From Octopus sinensis (Eukaryota), in contig NC_043005.1 in assembly GCF_006345805.1 (NCBI RefSeq), positions 8,184,001-8,248,000 of the forward strand: a stretch of DNA of 64,000 nucleotides, read 5' to 3'. Each line of letters opens with the position of its first letter. Positions within the stretch are counted from its first letter, which is position 1. Made by a program: the position numbers and the translations under genes. A model generated the notes under the pieces. It was not told the DNA's origin, did not search any database, and worked only from the letters and a program-made list of their open reading frames with translations. Shown piece by piece: positions 26,221 to 39,097 of this stretch.

Positions 26221-27023
26221 ATGCTTGCATGTATATATGTATGTATAAAGGAAATAAAATAATATTAGAAAGAAAGCTGTTGGATTATGAAAGATGGCAT
26301 AGAGTAAATGGATAGAGTGGAAGTGCAAGAGTGCGAGAGATTAGGTATGAAAGAGAAAGTAAGTATGGAAAAATTCGAGAAGGGGCAGCTTTCTTGAGAG
26401 ATATGGAAATATTACTGGGAGAAAATGGGAATGTGGCTTGAGAGTAAGAATGAAGTAAGAAAGTTAGAACAGATATCAGCGAGAATTTGAAAAAAGAGGA
26501 CAGAGAGTGGCGTGAGAGAAAGGTAAAATAAGTTTTAAAATGATAATGGGCTTAAAAGATCCCAGACCAGAGATGACGGAGTGAGGAGGTAGAATCAGAT
26601 AGATGAAATAAGATACGAAAATATATACAGAATAAGAGAGTGAATGAATAACTAGAGAGGCTGATGGAGGCTTCGACATAGAAATGTAATGATAAAATAG
26701 AAATTTAGAAAGCGAGAGTTGATGAAATAATAAAAGCTGAGGGAAATGAAAAGCATGAAAGAAAAATGCGAATAAAATTATAACTACTCAGAGGAGATAA
26801 GAAGAAAATGTTGGGGTATACTGTTGGCGGAGGAGCTGAAAGGACTGTAAGGGTAAGAGTTTGTGTTAGAGTAAAGTACGACTACAACATATGATGTATA
26901 TATATATATATATATAATATATATAATATATATATATATCTATATATTATTTATTTATTTTAGACAGAGTGAGATAACAAAGCCAAATATGTGAGGGGTT
27001 TTCGAGTCATTTCTAATGAAATA

Positions 27024-27071
27024 GTTTTACAACTGTTTCTGGGATATTATGGATATCCCTTCATTAGAGAC
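27024..27071 (-). ncRNA. Degenerate type I hammerhead motif
   Basis: GTCT CTAATGA A-GGGATAT..ATATCCC-A GAAA CAGTTG TA AAAC. G5A mutation in the core. Confidence 0.45.
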
Positions 27072-27596
27072 GCTGTGAGAAGGTATTTGAGTTCAAATTT
27101 TTGTGGAAAAGGAGGAGATAGAGAATATAGAGGGAAATAAGAGAATGGAAGTAGAAATAAGATATATAAAGATATATGAAGTTATTATGCTACATTTATT
27201 TCTAAATGTGGTATTTGTTTCCATGAAAGTTTGGCGCGCTGTTAGTAGGGGCATTTGAATTATAACGTGGGATGTAATCAATTGAACCACACGTGTATTT
27301 ATCGTTATGGTAAAATCTGGCGTGTGTTTGAGTGGATTTCATCCAGATAGTTTTGGCCGAGGAGCTACAAGTGGGTTTTTTGTAAGTAAAATTACATTTA
27401 ATTCATTAATAGCGAAACAATTGTCCCAAAATAATCTGTATTTTTGTTATTTTTTATTTGCCCTGTTCGTGTGAGCTAACAATCGTACTGACTTTCATGG
27501 GAAACAAGTATTTTGTGGTTGAAAACCTTTTGGATTAACTAGTGCTAGAGTGAGCCATATAGTGACCACTCTCTTATATTTAATTATATATATATA

Positions 27597-27648
<52 letters not shown>

Positions 27649-27791
27649 GAAATAGAAAGATGAATAATCTTGTAGTAGATTAATCAAAGTTTAACGAGAT
27701 ACCTTAGTAGCAAAAATCACAGCAGTGAACAGCACGGTTGGAGGTACAACCATCTGGCGTTGACAACCGTTTTGGTGCGGATAATTGAAAT

Positions 27792-28114
27792 TAAAACATT
27801 ATTGGGTGAATTGAAGAAATGGAGCTGAAACGCAGATTTGAGACAGAAATCGTTTTATTTCATTCTACTTGTGTGTTCGAAAGGCACAAATTACCAAAAT
27901 CTGATTGAATAATGGGACCATACATTTGTCTTTCTCTTCAGGAAGAAAAAGGAAATCCGTTTGGAAAACAAAAACAAAAACAGAGGCAGAGCAACAAAAA
28001 ACAAATCGAACTGTGCTCCTAAGAGCCCATGGCGAAACACGGGTAGAATGAAATAAAACGATTTCTGTTCAATCTGCGTTCAGCTCCATTCTTCAATTCA
28101 CCAATAATGTTTTA
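27792..28114. mobile_element. Fold-back repeat with ~85-bp arms; the right arm starts within an HHR-like motif
   Basis: 27792-27879 is inverted to 28033-28114. CCTAAGA GCC-CAT-GGC GAAA CACGGG TA at 28018-28045. Confidence 0.6.
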
Positions 28115-29885
28115 TATATCTATATATATATATTATATATATTATATAACCATGTTTGTGTGTGAATTATTATGAGATACTTTGCATTTTTGAACTATTT
28201 GAGATGTGATGTACATATTTACAATGAATATACACACACATTTTCAGGAGAGATAAGAACAAGAATGAGATTTTTGATGTCTGGTGTTGTAGCAAGGCGT
28301 TTCTGATTGCAGTGGTTAGGGCGGTGCTTGGAGAGTTGGATGTAACATAGATGATAAGAGGAGACCTGAATGGATCAGAATGTATGAGTAGAGCAGCCAC
28401 AAGACTAACCAGCTCTTCGATACAGGGACTATAATCATAGTGATAGAAAACGCAGAGCCAGGAAATAATACGCCTGTGAGCCGAGGCTAGAATGTGTGTG
28501 TCTGTGTGGTTTATGCGAAACAGGTGAGTGATATTTCTATAAACTTTGCCCAATTGTGGACAGCAGATCCTTCACAGATGCGCGAAAAATAGTCAGTTCA
28601 GTTCTGAGTTTGATAGTATATCATTAAATACTGAGGGTACCTTATAGTTTGAATAGAAAGCCATTTTCAGCAAGGCACTCCTCGCTATGTAAGTCTGGGC
28701 TCTATGTAGATGACATCGTTGGTGATAACGAAGGTATCTGGTGATCCTTGGAGACTGCTCATGCAGGTGGATGATAGTCGATGAAGTTGTCCAGATAAGA
28801 TAGCGCTTGTATTTTAATTTTAACTGTTGGAAGACACTGCATCGACATAACAATTCAAAGATGTTTTGAGATCTCTGTTCAGTCTAATTTGTAGTGTTGT
28901 CATGTGTGCATGTAGCCTGTGTGGAGCTGATGACTGGTTAGGCAATATTAAGCAGGAATGATATGTCGTATCCCCTGCATATGATTAAGCTTTACTGGAA
29001 ATGATATCAAGTAAGGTATTGAGGGAGAAAAAGACTATAGATGGAGAAAACCAAACACCAAGTGGACCGAATATCGGATAGAAAGAACTCCCCCAACACA
29101 TTCCAAGGTAATGAGAGTTTCAGAGAAAGAATGGAGTCTGTAAGCGGAAAGTTTCGAGTACAGATTTACAAACTAGGCACGGTAAAAAGCTATGCTGATG
29201 TCTTCTGTGAAAAACTTATTTTAACCGAAGTTTCCTTAGGCTAGAGTCCGTTTGTGAGTAACATAAGAGTAGGATTATAGTAAATATGGCTCTACAAAGC
29301 CGTAATGGTAGTTTTTAAAAAAGCAAGAAGAGAGAGAGAGAGAGAGAGAGAGAGACAATGAGAGAGAGAGAGAGTGAGAGAGAGACAGTGATAGAAAGAG
29401 AGAGAAAAAATGGAATGATGGTATTTGTGAAAGTAATTGTTAACGGCCATCTTTCTTGCATGTGAAATAGTGGATGTTAGAGCAATAGAGATATAGTTGG
29501 CAACTTAGGTAAAAAAAATCTATTTTCGGTCAGGAGTGAGATTGCTAGCGATTAAAAGAGTATAAAGAAATGAGATGCAGTTAAAAGAAGATCGTTCTGA
29601 TTTTCATAAGAGGTCATACGATAAAAAACTGGATTGAATAATTCCTAGTTCATGGTGCAATGTTTTGGATCATTTCAAATATAATACGAGGCAAATATAT
29701 AAAAAAATAAATATTTAGTTTTAGTCACGCTGAGAGAAGTAAAACAGGTTACACAATTGTTGAAGTAAACACACAAACACCGACAGACACACACACACAC
29801 AGACACACGCACGCCTGTGTTTCTGTAGGTGATGTATGTATGTATGTATGTATGTATGTATGTATGTATGTATGTATGTATATAT

Positions 29886-29936
<51 letters not shown>

Positions 29937-29947
29937 TATATATATAT

Positions 29948-29984
<37 letters not shown>

Positions 29985-30980
29985 TAAAACGGTAAGATAC
30001 AAAAGAAAGAAAGAGACCTCAATATTATGTAAATAGAGGAAATTTATCTATACAATATGTTACATTACTCGGTAGTCAAGATAAAACTCTGAGTTTCAGA
30101 TGCGAAGTGGAAATCCACAACACCATCTCTTCGGTTATCTGGCCAATTTGAAAACGTTATGAAAAAATACCGTTAAAAATGAAGGGAAATTACTCTGTTA
30201 TAACTCTGCTTGCCTGCGTACTTATACATCGCTCGCATTTTTCGTCATAAAAATTATTAAAAATACATAAAAATATATAAAAATATATAAAAATATATAA
30301 AATCTTCTTGGGACATAACACAGAAAGCATGTTCTATCCGTTTTCTTTAGGGGACCAAAACGTAACAAAAATTTAGTCACATGTGGGCATGATCCGAAAA
30401 GCTCTGTCCTGTATTTAGACATGTGGTAGGGCCTAAGCTGCTTTTCCAGATAAGCCATCTCTCCAGTTGCATAAACCGCACCTTCCGCTGCCGTTAGTAT
30501 AGGGCTTACATCTGGCCAAAATCTTCATGTATGTTATAATCGACACCTTATCTCTTAAAGACCAAATATGATTGGATAATTGTGTCGCTTTTCTTTTGTT
30601 CCAATGCCTAAAGCTCAAAGTGTGGTTATTGAACCTGGCCTTGAAATTACCCTCTGTCAGGCCCACGTATTTCTTCGTCGAAACGGTTGTCTTTAGTGGT
30701 TATAGAGTTTACGGTAGCTTCATATATGATGGTTTGGACATGCAAGCTCAATTTAGCGGGCACAATTCTTTATTCCTGCATGAACAGCTGTTTTCTTCTT
30801 GTGTTTTTGTATGTTATGATTGATTATTGTTTTAAAATTGGTAGTTGAACTAAAACTAATTTTAAATTGTGTCTATTGAAGAGTTTCCTATAAGCATGGT
30901 TAACTGGAAAATGTCTATCTATCAGTGCTAGGAAATATTTACCTATATTGAAGGCCACCTCGGGTGAGTAAGGGGGCGTA
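29985..30980 (-). mobile_element. Naiad-type PLE 3' portion (thumb end, GIY-YIG, 3' UTR with HHR), inverted
   Basis: Reverse complement of 58580-59597. GLTEGNFKARFNNH and CGLC motifs. Confidence 0.9.
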
Positions 30981-31983
30981 AACTAGCCCAACAATATCAC
31001 CAGCCCAACAATAAGGAAAAGGAATAATAGAAATAGGAAGGTTATCTGGTTTACGCCCCCTTACTCACCGAGGTGGCCTTCAATATAGGTAAATATTTCC
31101 TAGCATGATAGATAGACATTTTCCAGTTAACCATGCCTATAGGAAACTCTTCAATAGACACAATTTAAAAATTAGTTTTAGTTCAACTACCAATTTTAAA
31201 AACATAATCAATCATAACATACAAAAAACACAAGAAGAAAACAGCTGTTCATGCAGGAATAAAGAATTGTGCCCGCTAAATGGAGCTTGCATGTCCAAGA
31301 CCATCATATATGAAGCTACCGTAAACTCTATAACACCTAAAGACACCGTTTCGACGAAGAAATACGTGGGCCTGACAGAGGGTAATTTCAAGGCCAGGTT
31401 CAATAACCACACTTTGAGCTTTAGGCATGGAACAAAAGAAAAGCGACACAATTATCCAATCATATTTGGTCTTTAAGAGATAAAGGTGTCGATTATAACA
31501 TACACTGGAAGATTTTGGCCAGATTAAGCCTATACTAACGGCAGCGGAAGGTGCGGTTTATGCGACATGGAGAGATGGCTTATCTGGAAAAGCAGCTAGA
31601 CCCTACCACATGTCTAAATACAAGGACAGAGCTTTTCGGATCATGCCCACATGTGACTAAATTCTGTTACGTTTTTGGTCCCCTAAAGAAAACGGATAGA
31701 ACATGCTTCTGTGTTATGTCCCAAGAAGAATTTATATATTTTTATATATTTTTATATATTTTTATGTATTTTTATATAATTTTTATGACGAAAAATGCGA
31801 GCGATGTATAAATACGCAGGCAAAGCAGAGTTATAACAGAGTAATTTCCCTTCATTTTTAACGGTATTTTTTCATAACGTTTTCAAATAGCCAGATAACC
31901 GAAGAGATGGTGTTGTGGATTTCCACTTCGGCATCTGAAACTCAGAGTTTTATCTTGACTACCGAGTAATGTAACATATTGTA
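30981..31983 (+). mobile_element. Naiad-type PLE 3' portion, head-to-head with the preceding copy
   Basis: Matches 58528-59530. CSCRNKELCPLNGAC..IIYEA..YVG motifs; frameshifted. Confidence 0.9.
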
Positions 31984-31990
31984 TATATAT

Positions 31991-32069
<79 letters not shown>

Positions 32070-32104
32070 AATATGCATATACATATACATATACATATAT
32101 ATAT

Positions 32105-33099
32105 GCGAATATAAACAAGAAGGGTAGTAATATTATTTACTACCAGGTGCCCAGCACAAAAGACGAATTAGTCATAAGACAAAAATTTATTCATATAGAA
32201 AAATATTATTCATGTAGTTATACAATTAAGGGCTCCTAAATAAAGATGCCGAGTGCTGGGAACACAAAAAGGGGATGAATTTATCGAGAGTGAAAATCAA
32301 AAATAATCAATCATAACATACAAAATCAATCATAACATACAAAAAACACAAGAAGAAAACAGCTGTTCATGCAGGAATAAAGAATTGTGCCCGCTAAATG
32401 GAGCTTGCATGTCCAAGACCCTCATATATGAAGCTACCGTAAACTCTATAACCACTAAAGACACCGTTTCGACGAAGAAATCGTGGGCTGACAGAGGTAA
32501 TTTCAAGGCCAGGTTCAAAACCACACTTTGAGCTTTAGGCACTGGAACAAAAGAAAAGCGACACAATTATCCAATCATATTCGGTCTTTAAGAGATAAAG
32601 GTGTCGATTATAACATACAATGGAAGATTTTGGCCAGATGTAAGCCCTATACTAACGGCAGCGGAAGGTTGCGGTTTATGCGACATGGAGAGATGGCTTA
32701 TCTGGAAAAGCAGCTTAGACCCTACCACATGTCTAAATACAAGGACAGAGCTTTTCGGATCATGCCCACATGTGACTAAATTTCTGTTACGTTTTTGGTC
32801 CCCTAAAGAAAACGGATAGAACATGCTTTCTGTGTTATGTCCCAAGAAGAATTTCTATATTTTATATATTTTATATATTTTTATGTATTTTTATATAATT
32901 TTTATGACGAAAAATGCGAGCGATGTATAAATACGCAGGCAAAGCAGAGTTATAACAGAGTAATTTCCCTTCATTTTTAACGGTATTTTTTCATAACGTT
33001 TTCAAATAGCCAGATAACCGAAGAGATGGTGTTGTGGATTTCCACTTCGGCATCTGAAACTCAGAGTTTTATCTTGACTACCGAGTAATGTAACAATTG

Positions 33100-33188
<89 letters not shown>

Positions 33189-34222
33189 TGCATATACATA
33201 TACATATACATATATATATGCGAATATAAACAAGAGGGTAGTATATTATTTACTACCAGGTGCCCAGCACAAAAGACGAATTAGTCAAAAGACAAAAATA
33301 TTATCATATAGAAAAATATTATTCATGTAGTTATACAATTAAGGGCTCCTAAATAAAGATGCCGAGTGCTGGGAACACAAAAAAAGGGGATGAATTTATC
33401 GAGAGTGAAAATCAAAAAAATAATCAATCATACATACAAAATCAATCATAAAACATACAAAAAACACAAGAAGAAAACAGCTGTTCATGCAGGAATAAAG
33501 AATTGTGCCCGCTAAATGGAGCTTGCATGTCCAAGACCATCATATATGAAGCTACCGTAAACTCTATAACCACTAAAGACACCGTTTCGACGAAGAAATA
33601 CGTGGGCCTGACAGAGGGTAATTTCAAGGCCAGGTTCAATAACCACACTTTGAGCTTTAGGCACTGGAACAAAAGAAAAGCGACACAATTATCCAATCAT
33701 ATTCGGTCTTTAAGAGATAAGGTGTCGATTATAACATACAATGGAAGATTTTGGCCAGATGTAAGCCCTATACTAACGGCAGCGGAAGGTGCGGTTTATG
33801 CGACATGGAGAGATGGCTTATCTGGAAAAGCAGCTTAGACCCTACCACATGTCTAAATACAAGGACAGAGCTTTTGGATCATGCCCACATGTGACTAAAT
33901 TTCTGTTACGTTTTTGGTCCCCTAAAGAAAACGGATAGAACATGCTTTCTGTGTTATGTCCAAGAAGAATTTATATATTTTATATATTTTATATATTTAT
34001 GTATGTATTTTTATATAATTTTTATGACGAAAAATGCGAGCGATGTATAAGTACGCAGGCAAAGCAGAGTTATAACAGAGTAATTTCCCTTCATTTTTAA
34101 CGGTATTTTTTCATAACGTTTTCAAATAGCCAGATAACCGAAGAGATGGTGTTGTGGATTTCCACTTCGGCATCTGAAACTCAGAGTTTTATCTTGACTA
34201 CCGAGTAATGTAACATATTGTA
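32105..34222 (+). repeat. Two further ~1.12-kb tandem units of [~195-bp piece of the 445-bp repeat + PLE GIY-YIG/3' UTR + (TA)n]
   Basis: GCGAATATAAAC recurs at 32105, 33220 and 34319. PLE segments at ~32300-33100 and ~33420-34222 are near-identical. Confidence 0.9.
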
Positions 34223-34232
34223 TATATATATA

Positions 34233-34281
<49 letters not shown>

Positions 34282-34535
34282 AAATATGCATATTACATAT
34301 ACATATACATATATATATGCGAATATAAACAAGAAGGGTAGTAATATTATTTACTACCAGGTGCCCAGCACAAAAGACGAATTAGTCATAAGACAAAAAT
34401 ATTATTCATATAGAAAAATATTATTCATGTAGTTATACAATTAAGGGCTCCTAAATAAAGATGCCGAGTGCTGGGAACACAAAAAGGGGATGAATTATCG
34501 AGAGTGAAAATCAAACGTTTACCGATAACTTTACA

Positions 34536-34609
34536 ACTCGTACCGCGGTTTCTGCTTCTTTCTAGCAAAACACAGAATATGTTTGCTAAGGCCAGCTTCA
34601 TCAGCGAGT
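34536..34609 (-). ncRNA. Type I hammerhead ribozyme, canonical core
   Basis: ACTCG CTGATGA AGCT..TAGCAAA/TTTGCTA..AGCA GAAA CCGCGG TA CGAGT: 5-bp stem I, palindromic stem III ACCGCGGT, GUA site. Confidence 0.75.
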
Positions 34610-34981
34610 CGCCTAAATTTAATCGAGGTCTGCAACGATGTGGGACTATGTGTTGAACCCGACTACTAGCAGATCTTAACTTTTCAAATCTCTGCGCAGA
34701 CGCAAAATTTACACCGGCATGCCGGGAAGAATTTTACGAATAAATCCATCATGTAGTATGCGAATATAAACAAGAAGGGTAGTAATATTATTTACTACCA
34801 GGTGCCCAGCACAAAAGACGAATTAGTCATAAGACAAAAATATTATTCATATAGAAAAATATTATTCATGTAGTTATACAATTAAGGGCTCCTAAATAAA
34901 GATGCCGAGTGCTGGGAACACAAAAAGGGGATGAATTTATCGAGAGTGAAAATCAAAAACGTTTACCGATAACTTTAACAA

Positions 34982-35057
34982 ACTAGCGTTACCGCGGTTT
35001 CTGCTTCTTTCTAGCAAAACACAGAATATGTTTGCTAAGGCCGCTTCATCAGCGAGT
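34982..35057 (-). ncRNA. Second hammerhead copy in the 445-bp array
   Basis: Same core and stem III. The 3' strand of stem I carries indels. Confidence 0.6.
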
Positions 35058-35434
35058 CGCCTAAATTTAATCGAGGTCTGCAACGATGTGGGACTATGTG
35101 TTGAACCCGACTACTAGCAGATCTTAACTTTTCAAATCTCTGCGCAGACGCAAAATTTACACCGGCATGCCGGGAAGAATTTTACGAATAAATCCATCAT
35201 GTAGTATGCGAATATAAACAAGAAGGGTAGTAATATTATTTACTACCAGGTGCCCAGCACAAAAGACGAATAGTCATAAGACAAAAATATTATTCATATA
35301 GAAAAATATTATTCATGTAGTTATACAATTAAGGGCTCCTAAATAAAGATGCCGAGTGCTGGGAACACAAAAAGGGGATGAATTTATCGAGAGTGAAAAT
35401 CAAAAACGTTTACATATATATATATATATATATA

Positions 35435-37431
35435 TAGTATAAATCCAATTCTGTGCGTGTATGTATATGTGTAAAAGATTATATAGTTTTCAACTAATTT
35501 TCTCCAAACTGGAAACATACATTACTTATGTTTCTCAGATGGTTTTAAACTCTTAAAATGTTTCACATAAGGAGTAACGGGACCCTGAGAGCAGAAAACA
35601 CCCGTTTTTGGGTTACGTGGAGAACAGAGGTAACACTTTGCGAAGTAGCTTTTAGAAATTGATTGTTTCCCTTACATTACATCCACTGGTCAAAAACTTA
35701 TCACAATCTCAATTGGCCCCAAAAACCCCTTGAAATAAAAGTAATAAACAGCTGCTGCAGTACCTTCCTGGAAGTCCCCACACCTACAAGTCAGTTGATA
35801 CAATCTCAGCTCCAGAAGAGGTGGTAAATTATCCGACAGAATTTCTCAATTCATTGGAGCCTCCAGGGCTACCTCCCCACGGATTAGAACTGAAAGTGAG
35901 AACTCAAGTAATGTTATTGAGGGAGTTTGGATCCACCAACACTCTGTAGTGGGACATGTCTGGTTGTAAAGATGACACCAGATGTTATTGAGGCAACCAT
36001 TCTCTCAGAATGTGGAAAAGGAGAGAATGTTTTCATACCCAGAATTCCTCTCATTCCATTGGGAGCTGAAATTCCCTTTTCATTCAGAAGAGTATCAGGT
36101 TTGCAATTTCTGTCAATAAATGCTAATTTCAAACACTCTCTGTGGTAGAACATCACTTGGAAGAGTTCTGTTGCTCACACGAGCGATTAAATGTTGGCTG
36201 CTCTAGAGTGGGAGTGGGAAACAAACAACAAAATCGATTTGCATTTGTTCTACAAGGGAAAACAAAGTATATTGTTTACCAAGAGGTTTTGTAGGAATTA
36301 CTAGGCGCAGGAGTGGCTGTGTGGTAAGTAGCTTGCTAACCAACCACATGGTTCCGGGTTCAGTCTCACTGCGTGGCATCTTGGGCAAGTGTCTTCTGCT
36401 ATAGCCTCGGGCCGACCAATGCATTGTGAGTGGATTTGGTAGACGGAAACTGAAAGAAGCCTGTCGTATATAAGTATATATATATGTGTGTGTGTGTGTG
36501 GGGGGGGGTTGTGTGTCTGTGTTTGTCCCCCTAGCATTGCTCGACAACCGATGCTGGTGTGTTTACGTCCCCGTCACTTAGCGGTTCGGCAAAAGAGACC
36601 GATAGAATAAGTACTGGGCTTACAAAGAATAAGTCCCGGGGTCGATTTGCTCGACTAAAGGCGGTGCTCCAGCGTGGCCGCAGTCAAATGACTGAAACAA
36701 GTAAAAGAGTAAAAGAGTATCCTAAGATGCGCTACAGTATCCACTGTTCCTTGTGAATGGTAAAGATGGCTACCATTTCGGCATAATGCCTATCAAACCC
36801 GAAGACTGCATCAACAAAGCAGTTTCCTACATAGACTTCAATATCAAAGCATATTCTCCAATTACACCCAACAAACACGCGGTAAGCCATTACACCTTAT
36901 TTTCTTCAAGTAATTCCTTATTACATGTTCTCAAGTGACTGCAAAGGCTCAGTTTGTGTTTCTTATTCTACAACCAAATCAGCAATCCAATGTCAGACAT
37001 TTGCCTTCTGCAACATTTCAACAATTCGCTTCCCCGTTGCCGTCTACCATTGCAGGCCCCTTTCCGGAGCGTACCTATTTACGTACAATATCTCCATTTC
37101 ACCTACATTCATTCGACTGCCAACCATACAATGGGTCATGTTAGACGGAGCGCCGACCGCCGACCGCCGCAAAGGAGTGTATATCCGCTGACAGCTTTTC
37201 AGTGCGTTCAAAAATCACATACACCCCACCCACAATTTTCCATGACAGGTTAGGTCCTGGATCCTCCAAACGGACGCATTACATGTCTCTTAGACGAATT
37301 AGACCATCATTTACTCCATTAACGTTTTGTCGCCAATGCTGCACTTTCCGTATCACATGTCTCAACATAACTGTAATATATTTACAAACAATGTCATTTT
37401 ATTCCCGAACAATGCCGGATATCTCTGCTAG
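35435..37431 (+). mobile_element. Internally deleted Helitron with PIF1-helicase remnant (SINE inserted)
   Basis: 35740-36292 translates YPTEFLNSLEPPGLPPHGLELKV..LCSGT..VFIPRIPLIP..FRR..IVYQEVL. 3' hairpin CCCGAACAATGCCGG then CTAG at 37428-37431. 5' boundary approximate. Confidence 0.75.
36304..36719 (+). mobile_element. SINE family A, full length
   Basis: GGCGCAGGAGTGGCTGTGTGGT (A box) ... GGTTCAGTCTC (B box) ... GTAAAAGAGTAAAAGAGTA. Confidence 0.9.
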
Positions 37432-37550
37432 TATATATATATATATAGTTTTATTTTTAGATATAATTGATGTACTTAAATGTAGTCGTGTTTTTAGCTT
37501 CTGCTTTTTCCATGATCACGTGTGAGTATTTTATTTATATTCCCCGTAAG

Positions 37551-37611
37551 CTCTACTGAAGAAGAATGTATCCTTTATAGGGATTAGTTCCGAAATTGAT
37601 TCAATATAGAG
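37551..37611 (+). ncRNA. Type I hammerhead ribozyme motif, near intact
   Basis: CTCTA CTGAAGA AGAA..ATCCT/GGGAT..TTCC GAAA TTGA-T-TCAA TA TAGAG. Lies in a ~300-bp island between (TA)n tracts. Confidence 0.7.
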
Positions 37612-37746
37612 ATAATGAAATTTAAATTTTCTAAAGGTTAGTTGCCCGCTTTCAGTTCAATTTTCCTGTAATAAGTGGATTATAAGTGGATAAATCAGTG
37701 TATTGGCTTTAGAATAACCTTCTTTAGCCCTTAATTATAAGATGTT

Positions 37747-37814
<68 letters not shown>

Positions 37815-37878
37815 GTATGTATGTATATATATATATATAATATATATATATATTTATAATATATATTATATATATATA

Positions 37879-37965
<87 letters not shown>

Positions 37966-38606
37966 ATATTTATATATGCATGTGTGTGTTGCGTGTGTGT
38001 ATGTGTATGGTTGTGAGTGTAAGTATATCTGTCCGTCGACTATAAAATCCAGGATTGTTATCGATGTGATAAATAGTAGCAGTCTAGCATAGAAATAGAG
38101 ACAGAGTGAGTGAGTGAGTCTGTGGGCGAGTGCAGGAGTGAATGAATGAATGAATGAGTGCGAGATAGGTAGAAAGAAAAGAGAAAGAGGATAGCCACAT
38201 TTGAATAGCGAACACTGAAGCTCTTATTGTTGTCTCATTTTACGAACGTTACAGTTTCGCTTTTCAGAAAGGCTCATTCATTGCTGTCTAATTTGTAAGT
38301 TGCAGTCGTCTACACATTTTATGATTTCTCCATTCTATTGTCAAACTGGTGAAAACCTGTTATTTGTTTGCGTTGTTAAGTTTCATAGAATAAAACTGCA
38401 GACATGATTATGGCTGCTTGGAATGTTATAGGCACATTAATGGCTGATAATATTATACGGTGCTCTAGTAAAAGTCTTTGCTATTCTCTTATCTTTTAGA
38501 ATTATCGAGAATTTTCCCTCTCTTTCATCCCATTTGTGAAAACCTCTTTTCCTTCACAATTCTCTACCATGTCTTCACTTATGTGTATATATATATATAT
38601 ATATAC

Positions 38607-38668
<62 letters not shown>

Positions 38669-38686
38669 TATATATATATTATATAT

Positions 38687-38731
<45 letters not shown>

Positions 38732-38897
38732 ATACATATTTATATATATATATGTATATATATATATATGTTATATATATGTGTGTGTGTATACATATTT
38801 ATATATATATGTATACACACACATTTCTGTTTCGTATTCTCTCATGTTTTCTTAAACGGATATATACATATATATATATATATTATATATATATATA

Positions 38898-39048
<151 letters not shown>

Positions 39049-39056
39049 TATATATG

Positions 39057-39097
<41 letters not shown>

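Larger units (their letters stand above)
34319..35412 (-). mobile_element. ~445-bp tandem repeat (~2.45 units) with one hammerhead per unit: retrozyme-like or non-autonomous PLE
   Basis: Unit starts at 34319, 34760 and 35208. HHR on minus strand at 34536-34609 and 34982-35057. No ORF. Flanked by (TA)n. Confidence 0.75.

Noticed and set aside
28170-29250. Possible very old Penelope endonuclease remnant on the minus strand
   Set aside because: Only vague similarity (TAIRNALLQH). No diagnostic motif recoverable by eye; needs a profile search.
34319-35412. CRISPR-like or plain satellite interpretation of the tandem units
   Set aside because: Units are ~445 bp with no unique spacers, in a eukaryotic context. 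The embedded HHR explains them better.
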